Source: Candidatus Woesearchaeota archaeon (GTDB lineage Archaea > Nanobdellota > Nanobdellia > Woesearchaeales > GW2011-AR15). From it: a stretch of 64,000 bases of DNA. Below the pieces are notes generated by a model, which was given only the letters and a program-made list of their open reading frames with translations, did no database searches and was not told the DNA's origin. The stretch is from contig JAFGRO010000021.1 of assembly GCA_016935095.1 (NCBI GenBank), forward strand, positions 916-64,915, written 5' to 3'. A program made the position numbers and the translations under genes. Positions 40,228 through 48,270 of the stretch are shown one piece after another (position 1 is the stretch's first letter; each line of letters opens with the position of its first letter).

Positions 40228-41118
40228 CTATTTATATACAGGAAAAATCTCTGTAAAAAAACCTTCCTCAAAATATTTTTTGCAGATTCCCATACAATTA
40301 TTAATAAATATACAACCAATGCATTCTTTTACTTTTGTAAAATGTCCTTTATATGATTCAACGATAAATGAATCTGAAAATTCAGGAGCAATACATACAG
40401 GAAGCTTTTCAATATAAAAGGGAATATTTAGTTTTATGCAGTATTCAAGAACATCCCTGATTTTTGCTTTCAGTTCATCAAAAGGCACTGCAAGCTTTAA
40501 ATCAATATCTTTTTTAGAGATTGGCATAAAACCTGAAAAATATATTCCTGAAACATTATAAGAGTTTAGCAAGTCTACTGTCTTAGAAAGATACTTCACA
40601 TTTGATTTTGTGATGACTATATTTACATCAAATGGTATTTTCATCTCAGAAAGATTGGCAAACCCTTTTATCGTTTGTGCAAAACTGCCTTTTGTCCTTG
40701 TAAGAGAGTCGTGAATCTCCTGGTTTGGACCGTGAATGGAGCACCTGATACAAAGATTTGGTATCTTTTTTAGGTCAGAAACAAATTTGCGATAGCATAA
40801 CATTCTTGCATTTGTTGTAAATGTAATAACCTTAAATTTGTCAGCACAATACTCAAGTATTTTAAAAAAACCCTTATGAAGTGTCGGTTCAGCCCCTCCT
40901 ATTTCAATGCCTTTTTTTTTGTCTGCATTTGCATCTACCATATTTTTAATATTCTCAAGACTCAGGGATTGGTTATTTCGGACATGGGCTGCTGAACAAA
41001 AAATACAATTGTTGTTGCACTTTTCAGTAATTCTAACCAGAAAATAATTCATGCAAGAATTATTCCTTTTTGTATAAATATTCATAACTTTTTGCTTTTC
41101 AAAAATAGTATTTTCCAT
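40228..41118 (-). CDS. HxsC-like radical SAM protein
   Basis: CNNNCIFC, GGAEPT, TNARML, LPVC...CIGCIFINNCMG. Confidence 0.8.
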   Translation of the reverse strand: MENTIFEKQKVMNIYTKRNNSCMNYFLVRITEKCNNNCIFCSAAHVRNNQSLSLENIKNMVDANADKKKGIEIGGAEPTLHKGFFKILEYCADKFKVITFTTNARMLCYRKFVSDLKKIPNLCIRCSIHGPNQEIHDSLTRTKGSFAQTIKGFANLSEMKIPFDVNIVITKSNVKYLSKTVDLLNSYNVSGIYFSGFMPISKKDIDLKLAVPFDELKAKIRDVLEYCIKLNIPFYIEKLPVCIAPEFSDSFIVESYKGHFTKVKECIGCIFINNCMGICKKYFEEGFFTEIFPVYK

Positions 41119-41120
41119 TT

Positions 41121-42041
41121 TTAATTTAAAATCTTTGTAATCTTTTTACCCTCTACCGGCCTGAATTCAAGGCTGCCGCGTTTTTCAGGATATTCTTTCC
41201 AGGGCCCTTCACAGATTAAATCATATCTGCATTTTTTACATTGAGAGAATTTCATTTTTCCCTCTTCTTTTCTTACTTTTTCCCAGTTTAATGTAACTGC
41301 ATTAATATCCCTGATCTCTCCTTGTGGGATATAAAGTTCTGAAACATATTTTTCATAGCCTTTCATCACACAATAAGGCATTGCCTCTGCCATTACTTTT
41401 AAACCTGAACTGATACCTACCTGCAATCCCTTATGAATATAGGGGGCTGCCAAGCTGACGCACGGAACCATCTGGTCAAAATTTTTATGTGCATTTGCAA
41501 TTGGATGTGGAAAGGCTAATTGAAACTGATTTACACCTAAATCAACAAGCATTTGTGCCATTTCAGGAAGATGCCTGTAGTTTGGCTTTACTACAACAGT
41601 ATTTGTTACAGTATATATGTCAAGTTTCCTTATATTTTTTATTGCCTGATATGTCTGTTTAAAACTTCCAGGGCTTCTCGTGAGATAATCATGCAATTCA
41701 GGAATATGGCCGTGTATAGCAGGCCCGAACTCATTCATGCCTGCATTAACAGCTTTTTTACTGAAATCCATATAACTGAATCTCCTGGCATTTGTCTGGA
41801 CCTGGATTGTCATAAACTGCAGTTTTTTTGCATAGGTTAGTAATTCAAAAAAATCTTTTCTTATAGAGACTTCTCCTCCTGTAAAAACAACACCTGTACA
41901 GCCTGTTTTCCTGGCTTTTTTTAAGTCATTTACTATATCTTTCGTTGGTCTGTTGCCGAATTTCTTTTTATGCGCCTGGACACAGAACCTGCAGTTGTTA
42001 TTGCAAAGAAATCCTGTCTTAATATCAACCCGCTTCCCCAT
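41121..42041 (-). CDS. HxsC-like radical SAM protein
   Basis: CNNNCRFC, FTGGEVS, QTNAR, MPYC...CKKCRYDLICEGPW..Y...G..EF.P. Confidence 0.82.
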   Translation of the reverse strand: MGKRVDIKTGFLCNNNCRFCVQAHKKKFGNRPTKDIVNDLKKARKTGCTGVVFTGGEVSIRKDFFELLTYAKKLQFMTIQVQTNARRFSYMDFSKKAVNAGMNEFGPAIHGHIPELHDYLTRSPGSFKQTYQAIKNIRKLDIYTVTNTVVVKPNYRHLPEMAQMLVDLGVNQFQLAFPHPIANAHKNFDQMVPCVSLAAPYIHKGLQVGISSGLKVMAEAMPYCVMKGYEKYVSELYIPQGEIRDINAVTLNWEKVRKEEGKMKFSQCKKCRYDLICEGPWKEYPEKRGSLEFRPVEGKKITKILN

Positions 42042-42120
42042 GAGCTTATAGGAATAGATGAATTCTATTAAAGATTTTGGTAATAGGGTACTAAATCACA
42101 ATCTTCCAAAAATATGGTTA

Positions 42121-42162
42121 GAAACCAAAGGTTTCTGGTGCACCAGAAATCCAAAGGATTTC
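42121..42162. mobile_element. 42-bp palindromic miniature insertion element flanked by TTA direct repeats
   Basis: tta[GAAACC-aaa-GGTTTC tggtgcacca GAAATCC-aaa-GGATTTC]tta, with a perfect 18-bp central palindrome at 42132-42149. Confidence 0.6.
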
Positions 42163-42267
42163 TTAATGAATCCAATTGACGATGTTCTCAAGTTTAATAC
42201 TAATAGGTGCCAGATAGAATTAAAAGGAAAATTGAAAATTGGTGATTTAAATAAATATTAATTTCTA

Positions 42268-43746
42268 TCACGTTGTTGCATAGATCTCCACTTGTTTCGG
42301 ATTGTATCTATGGATTAGGATATCACCATAAAATTCAGTTGTATTCTGATAATCCATAGTGTCATTTAAATACTTATAGAGGTTAGAGTCTTTATAAAAA
42401 TTTTGGCTACGAACATCTACTACCCACAGGGGAATAGAAGTATAGTCCCCCATGTAATTATTTTCAGTTGTGCTTGTGAGAATAGTGCTTCCATTACAGC
42501 ATTTAGCAAGAGGAGGTAAAGACAAAATATCTTTAGTTCTATAGTTACAGGCATACATATTAGATTCAGTAAAACACTGTCTGTTGTAATAATATGTAAA
42601 GGGATACTGTTGATAAAAAGGATGAATAAAAATTATCTCGCCATTTTTTACATTTTCATTTAAAAATTCACTAGCAGTAATCCAATCATCTTTATTTGTG
42701 GTATAGTACTGTTCATAGATTGGAGGAAAAGATAATATTATAATTAAGGCAACAACTCCGCTTAGAACCCATTTATTTCCAAAAGACACTTTAATAGCCC
42801 AACTGATAATTAAAATTATTGCCGGAACAACAAATTGGAAAAATCTTTCATGAAACAAAGGTCTAACTACAAAAGAGAAAAGGAACATAATTCCAATTGG
42901 TATAATAATCCACATACTCAGTAGAGAAATTTGCTTAAGGGGAATTTTTTTACGTGCTTTTATAAAAGCATATATTATAATTACAATAAATACAATAAAC
43001 AGTATTGTGCTCCCCGAATATTTCACTATAACAACCAGCGGACTATACCAATGAAGCACAGGAATCCATTTTAAATTTAGATGATCTTGTTTTGTAATCT
43101 GCTTTAACAGTATAGGAAACCAGGGAATATACAATATTAATAATTGAATTTGAATAAAAATCCATTTTTTTATAATTTTAAGAGATTTATATTGTATCAA
43201 TAAGAAATATATATTTTGTACAAAAATAATAAGTAAAGAAAATACATGAGTATAAATTAATATTAAAGTACTGAAGAGATAAAGTAGAGAATTCTTCAGG
43301 GATAATTTTTCTAAAGACAATATAAAATAATAAAAGGAAACTAATGTTAAAAACACAAGAAAGGAATAGGCTCTTGTTTCTTGAGCATAATAAATATTAA
43401 AATTTGAAAAAGCAAGAATGACAGAAGCTATTAATCCTACTTTCTCAGAGAATAATTTTTTCCCCACTAAATATATCACAAATATTGTCATAATGGAAAA
43501 TAGTGTACTAAGCAATCTAGTAGCTATTGGCGTAATACCAAAGAATCTGACCCATACCCATAATGTAAGCATATACATTGGGGGATACAGCTCAGAATTA
43601 ACAAAAACATCAAGGGCTGTTTTAAGTGGCTCTTGCACCCACCGTACAGTTATGACCTCATCGGTCCAATAAGGTTCAGAACCTATTCCTGCCAAACGTA
43701 AAATTAAGGCAATTAACAAAATGAATAAAAGTATGCGCTTCTTCAT
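42268..43746 (-). CDS. GT-C glycosyltransferase, PMT/ArnT-like (family 39/83-like)
   Basis: LILRL...YWTDE, YPPMY...W, RLLS.LF, YAQETRAY and YTH motifs; polytopic. Confidence 0.85.
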   Translation of the reverse strand: MKKRILLFILLIALILRLAGIGSEPYWTDEVITVRWVQEPLKTALDVFVNSELYPPMYMLTLWVWVRFFGITPIATRLLSTLFSIMTIFVIYLVGKKLFSEKVGLIASVILAFSNFNIYYAQETRAYSFLVFLTLVSFYYFILSLEKLSLKNSLLYLFSTLILIYTHVFSLLIIFVQNIYFLLIQYKSLKIIKKWIFIQIQLLILYIPWFPILLKQITKQDHLNLKWIPVLHWYSPLVVIVKYSGSTILFIVFIVIIIYAFIKARKKIPLKQISLLSMWIIIPIGIMFLFSFVVRPLFHERFFQFVVPAIILIISWAIKVSFGNKWVLSGVVALIIILSFPPIYEQYYTTNKDDWITASEFLNENVKNGEIIFIHPFYQQYPFTYYYNRQCFTESNMYACNYRTKDILSLPPLAKCCNGSTILTSTTENNYMGDYTSIPLWVVDVRSQNFYKDSNLYKYLNDTMDYQNTTEFYGDILIHRYNPKQVEIYATT

Positions 43747-43899
43747 TGTTTAATAAAAACTGCAATTTGTATAAAAGGTTTTTTATATGGCATGTTGTTT
43801 TTTAATGTAGCTTTAAACACACTTAAAAGAGAATATATCTTTAAATATTAACTCTCATTTAATATAAACTGGGGGAATCTTGACATTTTAAATAAAATG

Positions 43900-44544
43900 A
43901 CCTCCTCTTGTGACTAAAGTCACAAGTATCCTTTAAGGGGCTCAAGCAACAGCGTGATGCTTTGCTTGGTTTAAAATGTATAAAACAATATCATTCAGTT
44001 GGTTGTAGCCAACTGTTACTGCTGTTCCACCTCTGCTCCATAGATGTGTCCTTATGGATATCTTAAACGACCTTTTGGATGGTTTTTAAAGAATGAATAA
44101 GCAGAACAACCTTTAAGAAGTTGAAATGCTTTTTCATCAGTCATTCCTTTAGGAAAAGTAACTAAGGTATGAATGTGATCAGGCATAACTGTTAAAACAT
44201 GAATTTTAATGTTATGTCGTTTGGCTGCTTTGCGAATGCAAGCTTCGCAAAGTTTTTCATATTTGAAATTGGCAAACATATTATAACGATATTTTGTCTG
44301 CCATGTCAAATGCCAAAAATTTATCCCAACTTTGTGGTTGTAATGTTCAAGTTCAATATTCACAAACTCCATTTTCGTTGCCTCCCGCAACGATTTTTTG
44401 GAGCTAACGCTAAAAAAATGTTAAAAAAAGTGCGCACGCCATTTTCGCTGCGTACTTTTTATTATTGAAAATGCTAAAAAAAAATTTAACGGAGATAAGC
44501 AAGGCAATTCCCCTACAGACTAAAGTCTGTATGAGTATCCTTGC
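43900..44544 (-). mobile_element. Defective IS200/IS605-family element (tnpA only, no tnpB)
   Basis: Related terminal hairpins cttgtgac-TAAA-gtcacaag (43907-43926) and tacagac-TAAA-gtctgta (44514-44531), both overlapping or followed by agtatcctt, bracket tnpA. Exact ends uncertain. Confidence 0.8.
43942..44390 (-). pseudogene. tnpA: IS200/IS605 Y1 (HUH) transposase, disrupted
   Basis: HLTWQTKYR, MPDHIH and LKGCSA, then TAA at 44052-44054. The C-terminus continues in another frame: HLWSRGGTAVTVGYNQLNDIVLYILNQAKHHAVA*, which contains the catalytic YxxxQ. Confidence 0.9.
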
Positions 44545-44552
44545 CTAAGAAA

Positions 44553-47500
44553 ATGAAATATGTCTTTTTTGTTGAAGGTAATAATTGCTTAGGCCATATA
44601 ACCAGGTGTTTAGTTCTTGCTGATTCAATAAAAAAAGCAGAGCCTGATTCAGAAATAGTTTTTCTTCTCAACTCAGAATTTACTTTGCCAATTGAGGAAC
44701 AAAAATTCAGGTTTATTAAATTAAAATTTGATAATCCTGATATTACAAGCAAAGGGGGGAATTTACCTGAAAAATTTTCAAAATTTATCCTGCCGGCAAT
44801 TATAGAAGAAAAACCTGATGTCCTTATTTTTGATACTTTTTTTTCTATAGATATTGTCAGGAATAAGCAATTGACAAATATAAAAAAGGTTTTGATTTTA
44901 AGGAAATATGAAGACAAGGAAATGAAAGTTTTTTTTAATTGTAATTTTTACAGAGACTTTGATTTAGTATTAGCGCCGCATGAAAGAAGAGAATTTGAAA
45001 ATCTTGAAAAAGAATATTCTGTTAAACTAAATACCCTTGATTTTATCGGGCCCCTTGTAAAAGACACTGCTTTTGACAACTCATATGATGATAAGAATAA
45101 CAAAGGATTTAAAATATTAGCTTTGTGCGGCGGCGGAGGGTTTGATGATGCAGAGAAATTTGTGAATTCCTGTATGGATATATATTATTTAACAAACAAG
45201 AAAATTGAAAATCTGAAATTTGAAATAATACCCGGGCCATTTAATAAGAGATTTGAAAATTTGAAAAATAAAAAAGAAACTAATCTTAAAATAAGCAGAT
45301 ATAAAACCAATGTCCTTAATTTAATGAATCAGGCTGACTTAATAATAAGCCAGGCAGGTTATAACACATCAAATGAAATTATTATTGCAAAAACTCCTGC
45401 AATAATCATGCCTCTTATAATTGACTATGATGATCAGCTTGAAAGAGCACTGAATCTGGAAAAATCAGGAATAGCTAAAGTTGTAAAAGACTATAATGCA
45501 AATGCTGCTGCTGAAATTTGTATAGAGCTTGCATTGGATAGAACTAAACTTGAAATTATGGAAGAAAATTTTAAAAAAATTAAATTTCATAGTGGAAATA
45601 AACAAGCTGCAGAGAAAATTATTAATTTAACTAAAATTAAAAAATATAAGTTAAGAATAAGTAATAAATGCAATAATAATTGCATTTTCTGCAGATACTT
45701 AAACATTAAGGCTAATCATGAAAAAAGCTGTGATGAAATTAAAAAAGAACTGGAAGAATTAAAAGAAAAAAATATCACTGAGATTATATTCCCCTGCAAT
45801 TCCGAGATTAGGAAAGATTTTTTTGAATTGTTGGAATACACTAAGAGGTTAGGATTCAGAATAATTCTGGAATCCAATGGCAGGATGTTTTTATATAGAG
45901 ATTTTTATGAAAAAGTGGCTGACTATGTTAATAAATTTGAAATATTTCTAAATTCAGGTAGATCAGAAACCAATGATAAAATTACGAATACAAAAGACAC
46001 TTTTAATCAGACAATCCAGGGGATAAAGAATATTGAGGGGAATATTCAGGTCAATACAGTCATCACAAGATATAATTATATGCATCTAAAAAATATTGCC
46101 TCGTTGGTAAAAAATTTAGGAGCTCAGGATATTAGGCTGATATTTCCTGTTTTGAAGAAGGAAAATGATCATATTCCAGAAGTTTTTGACTGCTATCAGA
46201 ATATTGATGAAGCCATTGAGTATGCAAAAAGCATTGGACTGAACATCATAACTGGTGAACTGTTTTACAATCCTTTTATCCCTGAGGATCTGAATCTGGA
46301 CTATGAAACCGCAGAGGTGATGTATGAATTTAAAATACCGCAAAATTCAGCAATTGTATTCAATAGGAACAAAATTGAAAGGACAAAGACGCTGATTTGG
46401 GAACTAACAGACACATGCAATTATGGTTGTTCTTATTGTACTTTAAATTTAAAAAGAAAGGAAAAAATAAGAATTAATGATTTTAAAGATGTAATAGAAG
46501 GATTAAAAAAACTTCAGGGCTCATGGAATATTGTGCTTTCCGGAGGAGAGCCATTGATTGTTGAAAATATTTCAGAGATAATAAATGATATAATAAAGAA
46601 AACAAAGCACACAATATCCATTGTGACAAATCTTTCACTGGGTGCAGACAAAACAATGAAAATTTTGGATATTCCCAATGACAGAATAGGTGAAATAACT
46701 GCCTCTTTACATTTGGAATACTGCAGCTATGATAATTTCCTGAAAAAAGCAAAAAAAATTAATAAGTTTCTCAGAAAAAAAGGCAAACAAATACATGTGG
46801 AATCTGTCGCGACAAAAGGAAACCTTGTAAAATTAAAAATGATTGGAAAAAAATTCATGAATAATGGAATTCATTTTCAACTTGAGCCTTTAAAAAAGAG
46901 TTATAATAACAAAGAGCATTACTTAAATTACGAAAGAAGTATTATTAAGGAATTCGGAAGAACCTATGGTTTAGATTCTGTAGATTTTTCTAACAAAAGG
47001 TGTTACGCAGGCATGAATTATTTTGTAATAGATAGCAAAGGAAATGCTTACCAATGCCACTCTGCAATGAAAGACGGTTATGGTTCTAACGGTTATCTGG
47101 GTAATTTTCACGATAGTACGTTTAATCTATCAGAATCACCCACAAGATGCATTTACAACTGTTGTGCATGTATTGTTCCTTCTGAGGCAAATATGATAGA
47201 AAATCCTTTTGACAGCAAAGGAGACAAAAAAGAGATAAGCATAATAATTCCAACTTATAACAGAAAAGATGTATTAGAGGTTAGTTTAACTTCTTTATTT
47301 TATCTAAATTATCCTAAAAATAAATATGAAATCATTATTGTTGATGATGGGAGCGATGATAATACTGTTGAGATGATAAAAAAACTTAAACCAAGCTGTA
47401 ATCTAAATTATATATATTGGCCAAGAAAGAAGCCTTATAGTTTCGGAAAAGCTGGCAATAGAGCAGGACCTGCAAGAAATATTGGAGCCAAATATGCTTC

Positions 47501-48047
47501 AGGAGAAATACTTCTTTTCATAGATTCAGATATAATTGCTGATCCAGATATTTTACAAAATTTAATCAAAGGATTCAATACAAATATAGTCTTTCTGGGT
47601 GTAAGGAAAGAACTAAAAAAATATCCTTTTACTAAAGACAAGATAAAAAGATTATTAAAAGAAAATAAATTTAGAGTTAGTGAAGATAAAGTTGAGTATA
47701 CACGCGTAAGTAAGCTTCTTAAAAAATTCAATTTCAATATAATGAATCATGAATTTCCATGGTTTCTCTTGATCTCCTGTATAGTGTTCATGGATAAAAA
47801 ATTATTTAATATGTATGGTGGATTTAGTAAGGATTTTGTATTCTGGGGATTTGAAGATCAGGAGTTTGCATACAGGCTCTCTAAAAACAAGGTTAAATTC
47901 AGTGTTAAAAAAAATGCTATTGGATATCATCAGCCACATGAAAAAGAATTTATCAACAAGGCAATATTTCTCAGAAATCAGGACATTCAAAAAAATATTT
48001 TTTATAAAAAACATCTAGATAAGGATATATATGAATTATATGAGTAG
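44553..48047 (+). CDS. Four-domain fusion: GT-B (GT28-like) glycosyltransferase, HxsC-like rSAM, rSAM with Cys-rich tail, GT2
   Basis: LGHITR...ADLIISQAGYNT; CNNNCIFC; CNYGCSYC/SGGEP...CYAG...C; IIPTYNR, DDGS, FIDSD and WGFED. ATG 44553 preferred because TTG 44541 lies in the IS end. Confidence 0.85.
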   Translation: MKYVFFVEGNNCLGHITRCLVLADSIKKAEPDSEIVFLLNSEFTLPIEEQKFRFIKLKFDNPDITSKGGNLPEKFSKFILPAIIEEKPDVLIFDTFFSIDIVRNKQLTNIKKVLILRKYEDKEMKVFFNCNFYRDFDLVLAPHERREFENLEKEYSVKLNTLDFIGPLVKDTAFDNSYDDKNNKGFKILALCGGGGFDDAEKFVNSCMDIYYLTNKKIENLKFEIIPGPFNKRFENLKNKKETNLKISRYKTNVLNLMNQADLIISQAGYNTSNEIIIAKTPAIIMPLIIDYDDQLERALNLEKSGIAKVVKDYNANAAAEICIELALDRTKLEIMEENFKKIKFHSGNKQAAEKIINLTKIKKYKLRISNKCNNNCIFCRYLNIKANHEKSCDEIKKELEELKEKNITEIIFPCNSEIRKDFFELLEYTKRLGFRIILESNGRMFLYRDFYEKVADYVNKFEIFLNSGRSETNDKITNTKDTFNQTIQGIKNIEGNIQVNTVITRYNYMHLKNIASLVKNLGAQDIRLIFPVLKKENDHIPEVFDCYQNIDEAIEYAKSIGLNIITGELFYNPFIPEDLNLDYETAEVMYEFKIPQNSAIVFNRNKIERTKTLIWELTDTCNYGCSYCTLNLKRKEKIRINDFKDVIEGLKKLQGSWNIVLSGGEPLIVENISEIINDIIKKTKHTISIVTNLSLGADKTMKILDIPNDRIGEITASLHLEYCSYDNFLKKAKKINKFLRKKGKQIHVESVATKGNLVKLKMIGKKFMNNGIHFQLEPLKKSYNNKEHYLNYERSIIKEFGRTYGLDSVDFSNKRCYAGMNYFVIDSKGNAYQCHSAMKDGYGSNGYLGNFHDSTFNLSESPTRCIYNCCACIVPSEANMIENPFDSKGDKKEISIIIPTYNRKDVLEVSLTSLFYLNYPKNKYEIIIVDDGSDDNTVEMIKKLKPSCNLNYIYWPRKKPYSFGKAGNRAGPARNIGAKYASGEILLFIDSDIIADPDILQNLIKGFNTNIVFLGVRKELKKYPFTKDKIKRLLKENKFRVSEDKVEYTRVSKLLKKFNFNIMNHEFPWFLLISCIVFMDKKLFNMYGGFSKDFVFWGFEDQEFAYRLSKNKVKFSVKKNAIGYHQPHEKEFINKAIFLRNQDIQKNIFYKKHLDKDIYELYE

Positions 48048-48270
48048 TTGATATTGTATGATAAACGCCGTAATAATAATTAAGTGCTATTAATATATGA
48101 TTAGGAAAAAAGAGGTTAATATGCAAGATTAAAAAATGAATTTCTAATCTGTTATAAAAAATGAAATAATCAGAAATAGAAAAAATTGAAAAAAATTTTT
48201 GAGTCTAATAAGAATAACTTATCCAATTATATCTATTAGTAAACAAAAATTTTGTGCAATAACAGAAAGA

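Noticed and set aside
42058-42261. 67-aa ORF as a functional gene
   Set aside because: No recognisable family, and a fifth of it is the palindromic insert. It may be a gene remnant, so it is not called.
44052-44070. Programmed frameshift or readthrough producing active TnpA
   Set aside because: The in-frame stop and frame change have no evident slippery site; simple decay is more parsimonious.
44513-44917. 134-aa minus-strand ORF next to the IS as a possible tnpB or accessory gene
   Set aside because: Antisense to the GT-B domain, with no RuvC or zinc-finger motifs.
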